64,000 nt of DNA, taken from Bdellovibrionia bacterium (GTDB lineage Bacteria; Bdellovibrionota; Bdellovibrionia; Bdellovibrionales; JAUICD01). The translations under genes and the position numbers were made by a program. The notes under the pieces were generated by a model. It did no database searches and was not told where the DNA came from. It was given only the letters and a program-made list of their open reading frames with translations. Of the stretch, positions 38,385-48,013 are shown piece after piece. Each line of letters begins with the position of its first letter. Within the stretch, counting starts at the first letter, position 1. The stretch covers positions 19,389 through 83,388 of the forward strand of contig JAUICD010000005.1 in the NCBI GenBank assembly GCA_030427965.1, written 5' to 3'.

Positions 38385-38672
38385 TTAAGGACAGTAAGCA
38401 ACAGCAGAGTCGTATCTATCTCCCCAGACTTCACAGAAAACCTGGTACCCGTTTTGACTTCTGCAGGTCGTGTCTCTACCTCCTCGAGCCCAACACCAAA
38501 TTGTGCGACCAGAAGATCTACAATAGGTTTCTGCTCTACAGAAATTTTGTTCCTGTGCGGAATCTACAGATGCTATGTTTTCAATAGAAACACTTTCCGA
38601 GCTCTGAACGATGCCGTCTGCCATTGAAGGGCTTACTGCAAATAGCGACAATACAAATATAATTTTTTTCAT
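38385..38672 (-). CDS. Small secreted Cys-rich protein
   Basis: 95 aa. A GAGGAGG sequence lies upstream. Signal peptide 'MKKIIFVLSLFAVSPSMA'. The mature part has 6 Cys. Confidence 0.5.
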   Translation of the reverse strand: MKKIIFVLSLFAVSPSMADGIVQSSESVSIENIASVDSAQEQNFCRAETYCRSSGRTIWCWARGGRDTTCRSQNGYQVFCEVWGDRYDSAVAYCP

Positions 38673-38880
38673 ACTTCCTCCTCTTCTTTTTTATTTCATA
38701 CAACATCAAATCGACTGATACTAAGTGAGTCAATCACAGATCTATTGGATAAACTCAATCTTTGAGTTTAAGACCTTAGTCGGTAGCAAAGTGCATCTGT
38801 ATTTGTCTTTAAGGTTTTTAAGTTTCGATATTCAACTTACCGCAATATTGATTTGAAAAATGTCTCCGTTTGTCTACACA

Positions 38881-39933
38881 CTAATACAGTTCATCAATAT
38901 GAGTGAGAGCTTCTTTAACGTGACTTGTATTCTTAAAAGTTGCAATGTGTACCATTGCATCCCCTTGGTTTACGAGAGGAATCATGCTCATTCCAATTAT
39001 AATACCACCATCTTTTGCCGTAACCTCATATGGCTCACTTCCAAATGGGTCTGAAATGATAGCCAGTGTTTCTCCAGCTTCAACCATATCACCAATTTTT
39101 TTAACGGCATGGAAAGAACCACTATGATCCGCACGAATCCAATAACTGCCTCGTGCGACGTAAACTTTATTCGGTGATTTTGACACCCCTTTCGTCAATT
39201 GAGGTATCATACCAATATTTCTCATCACAGAAAGACACCCTCGAAGCCCCGCCTTAATCACATTCTCATCAAACCGAAGAGCTTCACCGCCCTCAAATAA
39301 CAATGTACTCACCCTCTTCTTTCTTGCCGCCTCTCGAAGAGAACCGTCTCGCAATTGGGAGTTGATCACAACAGGTACACCAAACCCTTTTGCCAATTTA
39401 TTCGTCTCCGGGTCATCTAAACAGGCTCGTATTTGCGGCAAATTGCTTCTATGAAGAGCACCAGTGTGAAAATCAATGCCATGAGTGCACTTACTTACAA
39501 TTTCTTTCATAAATATTCGAGCAAGCCTAGCTCCCAAAGATCCCACTTCACTTCCCGGGAAGCATCGATTCAAATCTCTTCGATCCGGTAAATACCGTGA
39601 TTTGTGATTGAAACCAAAAATATTTACAACCGGGACAGCAATTAATGTTCCTCGTAATTTTTTAAGTAACGGACGACGCAAAAGTCTCTTAATAATTTCA
39701 ACTCCATTGAGTTCATCACCATGCACAGCCGCGCTAACGAAAAGCTTTGGCCCACCCTCTGAACCACGGATAACTTCAATAGGAATTGTTAAAGCCGTAT
39801 AATCATAAAGAGATGCGGCTTTCAACTGAAAACGTTTTCGCTCACCCGGGTATATGATTTCAGTTCCAATTTTTAACGCATCTTTCTTTTCTTTTTTTAA
39901 ACCTTTCTTGGCATTCATCTTAAGAGCTCTCAC
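38881..39933 (-). CDS. Succinylglutamate desuccinylase/aspartoacylase (AstE/ASPA, M14-like) family zinc hydrolase
   Basis: 350 aa. 'VHGDELNG' is an HxxE zinc motif. 'IDFHTG'. The start overlaps the rimK stop by 14 nt. Confidence 0.8.
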   Translation of the reverse strand: MRALKMNAKKGLKKEKKDALKIGTEIIYPGERKRFQLKAASLYDYTALTIPIEVIRGSEGGPKLFVSAAVHGDELNGVEIIKRLLRRPLLKKLRGTLIAVPVVNIFGFNHKSRYLPDRRDLNRCFPGSEVGSLGARLARIFMKEIVSKCTHGIDFHTGALHRSNLPQIRACLDDPETNKLAKGFGVPVVINSQLRDGSLREAARKKRVSTLLFEGGEALRFDENVIKAGLRGCLSVMRNIGMIPQLTKGVSKSPNKVYVARGSYWIRADHSGSFHAVKKIGDMVEAGETLAIISDPFGSEPYEVTAKDGGIIIGMSMIPLVNQGDAMVHIATFKNTSHVKEALTHIDELY

Positions 39934-41128
39934 CCACAGAAGAAGGAAGATCGTTAGGAAGTTTTTTCAATTTTGGCCGCCTTCTTTTTCGTGTTCTCTC
40001 TGGAATCAAATCTCTCATCGTTTCAAGCTTTCCAAAACAAAGCAGTCGATCACTCGCCTCCAAAACTCGATCTGACTTGGGATTCGGAATAACTTTCCCA
40101 GCTCTATGAAGAGTTAAAACATTGATGTCTTTCTCTCTTAACCCTGAATCCACTATGTTTTGCCCCACGTATTCCGAACCTTCAGGTATGTAAATTTCAG
40201 TAATTCCATACCCCCGACTCACCGCAAGTCGCTGCCTTATGTCGATTTCAGGAAAATCCACTTGAGCTGCAATATAATCTATAAAGGCCCCCGCCACATC
40301 CAATTGCGAACATATTTCAATTCCCTCTAAACCTGGTGAAGAGTTGATCTCCATAATCTGAGGGCCGTCTTTTCCTTCAAGCATATCTACGCCCGCAATC
40401 CCCAATCCCATGATGCGAGTTGCGCGTATTGCAGTTTCTTTATAAACATCGTCCAATTCTACAACTTCTGTTTTACCACCTCGATGAACATTACTACGAA
40501 ACTCTTGTCCCTGAGCCACGCGCCTCATTGCAGCCACCACACGATCCCCAACAACAATCGCTCGAATATCTTTACCTTTACTTTCAGCTACAAATTTTTG
40601 AACAAGTACGTTTTGCTTCTGACTCTGGAGAAGTTCTATAATAGAAGTTGCTGTTTCAATCGTATGTGCCAATAGCACGCCAATTCCTTGAGTCCCCTCC
40701 AGCAACTTAATGACAACAGGAACTCCACCCACACGTTCAATAGCAGGCAAAACATCTTTTTTATCTCTCACAAAAGCTGTTGGAGGAATGCCAATTTTAT
40801 GTCGGCTAAGAATTTGAAAACTTCTTAGTTTATCTCTTGAGTTTAAAATACCATCTGCTGAATTTGCACAAAAAATTTCCATTTGTTGGAACTGCCGAGT
40901 CACCGCCGTTCCATAATACGTTATGGAAGCTCCGATTCGTGGTAAAACCGCATCGTAGATACTTATTCTTTTTTGTTTGTAATAAAGATCCGGTTGCCCC
41001 TCTTCAAGGTCTATCGCAAATTTGACCGTGTTTAAAACCTTTGCTATATGGCCACGTTTCTTACATGCTTCGACAAGTCGTTGCGTGCTATACGTTTTTG
41101 GTTCTCGAGATAAAATTGCCAATTTCAT
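39920..41128 (-). CDS. rimK: RimK-family ATP-grasp alpha-L-glutamate ligase with a C-terminal TrkA_C (RCK_C)-like domain and a basic tail
   Basis: 402 aa. 'MKLAILS...', 'VVIKLLEGTQGIGV', 'GVDMLE' and 'MEINSSPGLEGIE'. The extra C-terminal region, about 100 aa, includes 'GQNIVDSGLREKDINVLTLHRAGKVIPNP...DRLLCFG'. Confidence 0.85.
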   Translation of the reverse strand: MKLAILSREPKTYSTQRLVEACKKRGHIAKVLNTVKFAIDLEEGQPDLYYKQKRISIYDAVLPRIGASITYYGTAVTRQFQQMEIFCANSADGILNSRDKLRSFQILSRHKIGIPPTAFVRDKKDVLPAIERVGGVPVVIKLLEGTQGIGVLLAHTIETATSIIELLQSQKQNVLVQKFVAESKGKDIRAIVVGDRVVAAMRRVAQGQEFRSNVHRGGKTEVVELDDVYKETAIRATRIMGLGIAGVDMLEGKDGPQIMEINSSPGLEGIEICSQLDVAGAFIDYIAAQVDFPEIDIRQRLAVSRGYGITEIYIPEGSEYVGQNIVDSGLREKDINVLTLHRAGKVIPNPKSDRVLEASDRLLCFGKLETMRDLIPERTRKRRRPKLKKLPNDLPSSVGESS

Positions 41129-41134
41129 ATTTTC

Positions 41135-41599
41135 TCACTTTCTTTTTGGAAAACTCTTAAGGCCCAAAAACGATTGACTTACATCAACTAAAAATTTCTT
41201 TTTAATACTCTCACGCCCCAAGAGCATTCGAAATCCCATTTCATCTCGATTCGTCAGGGTCACTTCTATTGGCCATTTCTCTCCCATGAGTTTTGCAGAA
41301 GTCAAAATAACTGGCCGATGCTCACTTTGTCCGTTGGAACTTTTGACTTTTCGATACTCCAAAACTCTGGCTTTACAAGAAATGGTTCTTTTAGAATTTC
41401 TTTGTTCAGGGTGAATCTTGAATTTTACATATTCCCTACTATTATTTTTGTAAGTCTGTACATCAAATGCATGCAAACTGGAAGAGCGCGCGCCAGTGTC
41501 CACCTTTACTTTTATTCGTTTTATACCAAGATCCGGAAGCGCCAACCACTCTCGCCAACCAATCGTGTGAATCTCTCTGCGTCGCATCTCAACTCTCAA
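41135..41599 (-). CDS. DUF785 / 'ATP-dependent zinc protease' family retropepsin-like protein (RimB-like)
   Basis: 154 aa. 'IGWREWLALPDLGI..IKVKVDTGARSSSLHA' is a DTGA aspartic-protease-like motif. It ends 6 nt upstream of rimK. Confidence 0.75.
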   Translation of the reverse strand: MRVEMRRREIHTIGWREWLALPDLGIKRIKVKVDTGARSSSLHAFDVQTYKNNSREYVKFKIHPEQRNSKRTISCKARVLEYRKVKSSNGQSEHRPVILTSAKLMGEKWPIEVTLTNRDEMGFRMLLGRESIKKKFLVDVSQSFLGLKSFPKRK

Positions 41600-41676
41600 T
41601 CTCAGTTACTTACACCTTAGAGAGAGAGTCTATAAACCACTCGTGCAATTAGCAAGTTAATATGTCACAACCGCCA

Positions 41677-42372
41677 CTAGGAGGCTTTTGATAAGCGAGA
41701 CATCACCCATCTTCTGATTTCTTGTCTATCTGATTCAGAGCAACCCACATAGGTGAGGATCAACAGAAAGCAACCCTCCTCTTCAGTTGAGGGTTCACAG
41801 GAAATAACGCGAACCCGCTCAGCCTTGTACTCAAACATTTCAAAAAATTTACAGTCCATTTTGATCTTCATATTCACAGGCATCATAACACGACTTATTG
41901 CTTTAATACCTCTTTCTGAAATTCCAATAACGCGAAAATTAGAATCCCACGCCGCCTCAGATTCTATTGGAAAGTATCTTTCGGCATAGGAGGTTTCTCC
42001 AGAGAACCCATTCAAGAGGTTTGAAACTTTTGAGAGTAAAATTTCTTGATCTACTGGCTTTACGATATAGTCATCAGCCCCTGATTCAATCGCTTTTTGA
42101 ATATCTCTTGCATCACGACGACCTGTTAAGAATATAATTGGAAGTTTTTTGTTTTCTGTTCCTGCACGCACAGTTACTGCTAAATCAAAGCCCGACACTC
42201 CACCAGGCATGTTTACATCGGTGATAAGAAGATCAAATTTTTCTCGTTCCAAAAGCTCTATAGCATCGTACCCGGACGTTGCGGTCAGATATGTATGGTT
42301 GGCTGAGTCTAAAATAGACTCTATCACCTTAAGTGTAACTTCATTGTCATCAACAATAAGAATTCTGGCCAT
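41677..42372 (-). CDS. Response regulator: REC domain plus a C-terminal beta-rich (degenerate PilZ-like?) domain
   Basis: 231 aa. 'ILIVDDN', 'DLLITDVNMPG' and 'DYIVKP'. No DNA-binding output domain was recognised. Confidence 0.75.
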   Translation of the reverse strand: MARILIVDDNEVTLKVIESILDSANHTYLTATSGYDAIELLEREKFDLLITDVNMPGGVSGFDLAVTVRAGTENKKLPIIFLTGRRDARDIQKAIESGADDYIVKPVDQEILLSKVSNLLNGFSGETSYAERYFPIESEAAWDSNFRVIGISERGIKAISRVMMPVNMKIKMDCKFFEMFEYKAERVRVISCEPSTEEEGCFLLILTYVGCSESDRQEIRRWVMSRLSKAS

Positions 42373-42527
42373 AGATCTCTATCGGCTTAGAGACAGCTCT
42401 GCTGAACAACTCGGGTTTAGTTGAGACAAAAAGTTAAAATAGTGCCTTAAATTTTACTTCCAAAATATCAAAATGAGACACAAATATTTCGCTTACTTCA
42501 CATTCTCATTATAAAACAGAGAGAGGT

Positions 42528-43811
42528 TTACATCAAATTGGGTAAAAACATGATCAATGCAGGGAAATAAGTCACTATAAGTAGCGAAATTAAAAGAGCT
42601 AGGATAAAGGGCCAAATTTCCTTTACAAAATCTCCCACAGGAACTTTCGTCACAGAACAAGTCGTAAACATCATTGAACCAAACGGAGGCGTTACCCCAC
42701 CAATCATTATGTTCACAATGATTATCATGCCAAAATGTATTGGATCCACACCAAGCGCAACAACCACAGGAACAACCAATGGAGCAATAATTATAAGAGC
42801 CGCTCCCCCCTCTAAAAACATACCCAAAACCAATAAAAGAACATTGAGTATGGCAAGCATCACATATTTGTTTTGAGTGAGTTGCAATAAAACCTCTGTC
42901 AAAGCTTGAGGAATTCTTTCCCAATTAAGATAGTAGCCAAAAACTGAGGCTGAAACGATGATCAAAACCACTGTTCCCGTTCCGTAGATTGTGTCTTTCA
43001 AAATTGGCTTAAAATGTGTGAAGTTAAGTTCTTTATAAATAAGAACTCCAATCAAAACAGAAGCCAAAACAGCTATTGCACCAGCCTCCGTTGGTGTAAA
43101 TAATCCAAATCTCAAACCAAGAATTATCCCAAACGGCAAAGACAAAGACCATGACGAATCAATCAACTGTTGGGATGCTTCTTTAAAAGACGCTCGTTTT
43201 TGGCGTGTCGGCTTGTATCCTCTTTTCTTTGATATCTGAGCGACGGTGAACATCAAGGTCCCCGCCATCAACAAACCCGGAACATAACCTGCGGCAAACA
43301 TCTTTCCCACTGACACCTGTGCGATCAACGCATAGATGATCATTACAATACCAGGGGGAATCACAGGAGAAATCGCAGAAGAGGCTGCTGTAATGGCAGA
43401 AGAAAAGGCCTTGCTGTAGCCCCTCTGCTCCATCTGAGGCACAAGAATTTTGCTCTGCATAGCCGCATCTGCATTTGCCGAACCTGAAACGCCGCCCATC
43501 ATCGTACTCAACACAACATTGACCTGAGCCATTCCGCCAGTCATGTGGCCAGTTAAAACATCTGCCATTTGCATCAATTTTTGGCTTATCCCAGAATAAT
43601 TCATCACGGAGCCTGCCATAACAAAAAATGGAATAGCTAGTAACGGAAACGAGGCCGTTGCGGTAATAAACCTTTGTAAAACAAGATCTGCAGGCATTCC
43701 AGCATCCATAAATGTAAAGTAGAATATAGAAGCACCAAACAAAGCAAATGCAATTGGAATACTTGAAAAGTAGAGAAGAAAAACAATGACAATTGGCAAA
43801 TACTCCATCAC
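42528..43811 (-). CDS. dctM: TRAP transporter large permease subunit
   Basis: 427-aa polytopic ORF, typical DctM-like sequence. A 4-nt overlap with the dctQ-like gene. Confidence 0.9.
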   Translation of the reverse strand: MMEYLPIVIVFLLYFSSIPIAFALFGASIFYFTFMDAGMPADLVLQRFITATASFPLLAIPFFVMAGSVMNYSGISQKLMQMADVLTGHMTGGMAQVNVVLSTMMGGVSGSANADAAMQSKILVPQMEQRGYSKAFSSAITAASSAISPVIPPGIVMIIYALIAQVSVGKMFAAGYVPGLLMAGTLMFTVAQISKKRGYKPTRQKRASFKEASQQLIDSSWSLSLPFGIILGLRFGLFTPTEAGAIAVLASVLIGVLIYKELNFTHFKPILKDTIYGTGTVVLIIVSASVFGYYLNWERIPQALTEVLLQLTQNKYVMLAILNVLLLVLGMFLEGGAALIIIAPLVVPVVVALGVDPIHFGMIIIVNIMIGGVTPPFGSMMFTTCSVTKVPVGDFVKEIWPFILALLISLLIVTYFPALIMFLPNLM

Positions 43812-44296
43812 GCCCTCTTCCCTGTTTTTTGTCTTATAAAGTTATCCAAAAAAATGAATCGAATTGTATGAAGAGTCATCAGTCCAAAGCCAAACACCAG
43901 GGCCGAATTCACTACCGCAGAAGACACACCAAGTACTGCTGTTGGTTTGACATAAGATATTTTTGTAAAAATAACACTCATATAAAATATATAGCCATTG
44001 ATCACAAGCAACAAAATATCAACCAATGTACGAATCACTTTCTGTATTTTTACAGGGGTTTTATTTACCAACACATCTATTCCAATATCCATTCTATGCT
44101 TATATACTGCGCTTGCACCCACAAAAACAGACCAAACAAAACATATTGTGGAAACTTCCTCTGCCCAAAAAATTGAGTGGTTGAAAAAATATCTCAACAG
44201 CACGTTACAAATAACGATCAAGACCATGGTTAATATAAAAAAACCACATAATATTTCTTCAAAATTTCTGGCAAACAGTTCTATTTTTTTACTCAT
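43808..44296 (-). CDS. dctQ: TRAP transporter small permease subunit
   Basis: 162 aa with 4 TM segments. It lies between the dctP-like and dctM-like genes with 4-nt overlaps on both sides. Confidence 0.8.
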   Translation of the reverse strand: MSKKIELFARNFEEILCGFFILTMVLIVICNVLLRYFFNHSIFWAEEVSTICFVWSVFVGASAVYKHRMDIGIDVLVNKTPVKIQKVIRTLVDILLLVINGYIFYMSVIFTKISYVKPTAVLGVSSAVVNSALVFGFGLMTLHTIRFIFLDNFIRQKTGKRA

Positions 44297-45324
44297 TTAC
44301 CGCCTCGTATTTTCTTAAGTTCATTTTGAATCTGGTCGTACATCTCCCTATTGACTCCAGGTAACTCGCTATAAAGTTTCACCGTTTCTTTTTCAAATGA
44401 CTCACGGTCCACTCTATTGAACTTCACACCATGTGACTCAAGCTCCTTTACAACTCCTGCGTGTTGAGCCTTCAAGAGACCAATCATCTTCATAGATTCA
44501 AAGTTAAATTCATCCTCAATAATTTTTTGATATTCTAGTGGAATTTTCTCCCAAACTTTCATCGAAATATAAACACCACACGTTCCTAAAAAATGATTTG
44601 TGAGTGCCACATTCTTTTTACCAGTTTCATATACTTTTGTTCCAACATTTGTAAATTCAGAACCTTCCAGACCATCTACCACACCCTGCTGTAAGGCGCT
44701 AAAGGTTTCCCCCCACGGAAGAGGAGTTGCCGTTGCTCCCATTGCATTTATTGTTTTTATAAAAAGTTGGCTTCCTGGTGTTCTTAACTTTACCCCACTT
44801 AGGTCACTTGGAGTTTTAACGACCTTATCTGTAATAATGTTTCGAAATCCAAAGATATACTGAAGGGATAAAACTTTAATGCCTTTTTTTTCGGCTTTCT
44901 CTACCCAACCTCGAACCAGAGAAGATTTTACTAGATCAACGTATTCATCAAAGTTTCTATACAACATTGGACCAACCAAAGCTGTAAATTCCGGTACATA
45001 GTCTCCAATGTAAGATGGATCCTCAACTGAGATAAAGTGCGCCCCACGAACAACAAGTTCAACACCATCCTTATAGGTCGCAATTTGTCCTTGAGGAAAG
45101 GTCAAAATCCTGACTGCACCATTTGTGTTTTTATTAATCCGTTCAGCAACGTTGTCCATAGATCTTGTGAGTTGCTCTTTTGGACTGAATACGTGACTCA
45201 ACCTTAATGTAATCTCAAACTCTTTATTTTTGCTCTTCGTACATCCCGAATTAAGTCCAAGCAATATAACCACTAAAAGAAACAGAAAATTTCTCTTACA
45301 ATGAACTATGTCCCAACCTAGCAT
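44293..45324 (-). CDS. dctP: TRAP transporter substrate-binding protein (DctP family), lipoprotein
   Basis: 343 aa. Lipobox 'LNSGC'. DctP-like sequence, for example 'KLRTPGSQLF'. Confidence 0.85.
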   Translation of the reverse strand: MLGWDIVHCKRNFLFLLVVILLGLNSGCTKSKNKEFEITLRLSHVFSPKEQLTRSMDNVAERINKNTNGAVRILTFPQGQIATYKDGVELVVRGAHFISVEDPSYIGDYVPEFTALVGPMLYRNFDEYVDLVKSSLVRGWVEKAEKKGIKVLSLQYIFGFRNIITDKVVKTPSDLSGVKLRTPGSQLFIKTINAMGATATPLPWGETFSALQQGVVDGLEGSEFTNVGTKVYETGKKNVALTNHFLGTCGVYISMKVWEKIPLEYQKIIEDEFNFESMKMIGLLKAQHAGVVKELESHGVKFNRVDRESFEKETVKLYSELPGVNREMYDQIQNELKKIRGGK

Positions 45325-45494
45325 TCCAACCCCTACTGGCGGAGATATCCAATCAACACTCCGGCCATATTTATGTGACTATAGTGTTTCAAATAGAACA
45401 GGAAACCAAAACACCCAATTGGAACGGTGTGTTGGTATTCAATACACCCTACCTTATCTTCGATGTGCATAGACTTGATAGAAAATTCAAAAAT

Positions 45495-45938
45495 ATGCAT
45501 GCTAAAAAAAACACAAAGGGAGATGCCGTGAAGAAACTGACATCAATTGCTCGCATTACACTTGGACTCATTTTTTTGGTTTTTGGACTTAATGGTTTTT
45601 TAAATTTTCTACCAATGCCCACAGACATACCAGAGCAAATGACTGCAGTTATGAATGGCTTCATGGCCACCGGGTATTTTTTCCCTATGCTTAAAGGGGT
45701 CGAGGTCATTTGCGGAGCCATGTTGCTTGCAGGAGCATTTGTCCCCCTAGCTTTGATCGTGCTCGCACCTGTCATTCTAAATATTTTTCTATTACACGCA
45801 TTCGTTGACCCAAGTGGGCTCCCAATTGCGATTGGAATTGGGCTGCTTGAAGTGTATTTGGCCTTTTTTGCTGAGCCGTATAGTTCAATAGTAAAGCAGA
45901 TTTTTCGCTGCCCAAGGAAAGAAACCCTTTCCAAATAA
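45495..45938 (+). CDS. Small polytopic membrane protein (DoxX-like)
   Basis: The ORF opens at 45375, but the hydrophobic core begins after ATG 45495. 'ITLGLIFLVFGLNGF' resembles the first DoxX helix. Confidence 0.45.
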   Translation: MHAKKNTKGDAVKKLTSIARITLGLIFLVFGLNGFLNFLPMPTDIPEQMTAVMNGFMATGYFFPMLKGVEVICGAMLLAGAFVPLALIVLAPVILNIFLLHAFVDPSGLPIAIGIGLLEVYLAFFAEPYSSIVKQIFRCPRKETLSK

Positions 45939-46024
45939 AGAATTTTATAAATCTTGAACAACTTGGATTTCTATTGGAGTATTCAACTTCAGTAAAACAC
46001 ACTCTCTTTTCTTTGGAGGTTTGA

Positions 46025-46612
46025 ATGAAAAATATCCTGAAAATTTCTATATTGCTTATGGTTTCAATACATCTCTCAGGATGTGGCGTTCAATCCATAC
46101 CAAAAAGTAAGAATAACGTTGAAGCAAAACTTGCTGAAATCACCAACCAATACAAACGAAGAACTGATTTGATACCCAATCTCGTGAAAGTCGTTAAAGG
46201 TTACGCAAAGCATGAGAAAGAAACTCTTCAGGCTGTCGTCGAAGCAAGAGCAAAAGCCACTCAGAGCACAATTGACCCATCAAAACTCAGTCCTTCTCAA
46301 ATTCAAAAATTTCAAGCTGCACAAGGATCACTCAGCCAAGCTCTTGGTAAACTTATGGTGGTTGTTGAGAGATATCCAGATTTAAAAGCCAATCAAAACT
46401 TTCGAGATCTTCAAGCGCAACTTGAGGGCACTGAGAATCGAATTACAATTGCTCGGCAGAGATACATTGAAAGTATTAAAGAATTCAATGACCTCGTTAC
46501 TGTATTTCCCACAAGCATTACAAATAGTTTGTTTTTCAAACATGAAAAAATGCCTCAATGGGATGTTGCTGCCGGAGAAAATGTTGAAAACGTTCCAGAA
46601 GTTGACATGTAG
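46025..46612 (+). CDS. lemA: LemA family protein
   Basis: 195 aa. 'YKRRTDLIPNLVKVVKGYAKHEKETL' and 'YPDLKANQNF..LQ..LEGTENRI' are LemA hallmarks. Confidence 0.9.
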   Translation: MKNILKISILLMVSIHLSGCGVQSIPKSKNNVEAKLAEITNQYKRRTDLIPNLVKVVKGYAKHEKETLQAVVEARAKATQSTIDPSKLSPSQIQKFQAAQGSLSQALGKLMVVVERYPDLKANQNFRDLQAQLEGTENRITIARQRYIESIKEFNDLVTVFPTSITNSLFFKHEKMPQWDVAAGENVENVPEVDM

Positions 46613-47355
46613 TGACCAAAGCCCTCTCTCTTTTTTTTCTAATCGTTATTGGTGGGATTCAAGCAAATGCAAAGTTTGAAGCCCCACCCATTCGCGCCCA
46701 TATAAACGACAATGCAAATATAATCCCCCGAAAAGTAGAAAGCGCACTCAATTCAATACTTGCTCAAGTAAAAAGTGAGAGCGGAATTGAAATGGCCGTT
46801 CTAACTCTTAAAACACTTCAAAATGTTCCCATTGAAGTTGCGTCTATAGATATTGTCGACAAATGGAAGCTTGGCGAAGCCCAAGGTGACAAAGGACTTT
46901 TACTGTTGGTCTCTATGAAAGAGCGAAAACTCCGAATTGAAGTTGGCCAAGGACTCGAAGGCGAACTTACAGATGCTGAAAGCAAACGCATTATTGATCA
47001 AACAATGGTGCCTCTTCTAAAATCCGGAGATACAGGAAATGCTATTTATCTTGGTGTATATCAAATTCTAAAAACAGCAAATCCAACTGGGAACTACGAC
47101 AATCTGTTCGCCAACGCCCCCTCCCACAAAAAACGAAGTCGAAAAGGGAGTTTCATTGGGAATATTATTTGGATTCTCCTCTTTGCATTCTTTTTTGCAG
47201 GAAGATCAGGGCTATTGCCTCTCTTATTTTTAGGAAGCGGCGGCTTTAGAGGAAGAGGTGGATTTAGTGGAGGCGGAGGCTTCGGCGGTGGAGGCGGAAG
47301 CTTCGGCGGCGGCGGCGGCGGATTTAGTGGCGGTGGCGCCTCAGGGGGGTGGTGA
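46612..47355 (+). CDS. TPM-domain (YgcG-like) protein with a TM segment and a Gly-rich tail
   Basis: 247 aa with a GTG start overlapping the lemA stop. 'GIEMAVLTL..' and 'GLLLLVSMKERKLRIEVGQGLEG' are TPM-domain motifs. Confidence 0.8.
   Translation: MTKALSLFFLIVIGGIQANAKFEAPPIRAHINDNANIIPRKVESALNSILAQVKSESGIEMAVLTLKTLQNVPIEVASIDIVDKWKLGEAQGDKGLLLLVSMKERKLRIEVGQGLEGELTDAESKRIIDQTMVPLLKSGDTGNAIYLGVYQILKTANPTGNYDNLFANAPSHKKRSRKGSFIGNIIWILLFAFFFAGRSGLLPLLFLGSGGFRGRGGFSGGGGFGGGGGSFGGGGGGFSGGGASGGW
47233..47352 (+). repeat. GC-rich low-complexity coding repeat (GGF/GGS codons)
   Basis: 'ggcggaggcttcggcggtggaggcggaagcttcggcggcggcggcggcgga...' encodes 'GGFRGRGGFSGGGGFGGGGGSFGGGGGGFSGGG'. Confidence 0.8.
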
Positions 47356-47356
47356 T

Positions 47357-48013
47357 ATGAAAATACCCAATTGGTTAAATTCCTATTTAGATAATAATGA
47401 TTTAAACGATATTGAAGAAGCAGTAAAGAAGGCAGAACTTAAAACATCAGGGGAAATTATTCCTATGATTGCTCGAAGCTCTTCAACAGTTGGACACGTC
47501 CCTCTATTGCTAGCGCTTCTGCTTTTAACAATTTTCTTTTCAATTGATCTTTTTGAGTTGCAAAGTGAATACCTTCACTTTCAAGAGTGGGTTCTTGTCA
47601 TCCTCAACCTTGTTACCCTTGTCTTTCTTATGCGACTTTTTTCTCGTCTCGGATTTATTCAAAGATGGCTCACCCCACGAGGGGATCAAGTTGCCCAAGT
47701 TGAAATGAGAGCAATGAATGAGTTTTACAATCACAGAATTCAAGACACCAAACATTCGACAGGAATTCTTATCTTTATTTCTCTCTTAGAACACAATGCT
47801 GTCGTGCTGGGAGACACACCCATCTCAGAAAAACTCCCGGCGGAAAAATGGAATGAAGTCGTCTCTTGCCTAATAAAAGGTGTCAAATCCAAAAACCTTA
47901 AGCAGGGCTATGTTGATGCCATTGAAATGTGTGGCGATTTACTTTCCCAACACTTTCCAATACACAAAAATGATGTAAACGAACTAGAGAACAGATTAAT
48001 TATAAAAGAATAA
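47357..48013 (+). CDS. TPM-domain membrane protein (third gene of the LemA-TPM-TPM cluster)
   Basis: ATG 47357 lies 1 nt after the upstream stop. 'ELKTSGEIIPMIA' and 'TGILIFISLLEHNAVVLGD'. Confidence 0.7.
   Translation: MKIPNWLNSYLDNNDLNDIEEAVKKAELKTSGEIIPMIARSSSTVGHVPLLLALLLLTIFFSIDLFELQSEYLHFQEWVLVILNLVTLVFLMRLFSRLGFIQRWLTPRGDQVAQVEMRAMNEFYNHRIQDTKHSTGILIFISLLEHNAVVLGDTPISEKLPAEKWNEVVSCLIKGVKSKNLKQGYVDAIEMCGDLLSQHFPIHKNDVNELENRLIIKE

Noticed and set aside
42493-42924. 143-aa Cys-rich ORF overlapping dctM in another frame
   Set aside because: It lies entirely inside the well-supported TRAP large permease gene. The Cys richness reflects out-of-frame reading of hydrophobic codons.
45449-45961. 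170-aa ORF on the minus strand overlapping the DoxX-like gene
   Set aside because: It is a shadow ORF opposite a hydrophobic membrane protein gene. It has no recognisable motifs or RBS.
47258-47356. N-terminal extension of the third LemA-cluster gene ('MDLVEAEASAVEAEAS...')
   Set aside because: It results from reading the GGC/GGA Gly-codon repeat of the upstream gene in another frame. ATG 47357, directly after the upstream stop, begins the conserved TPM sequence.
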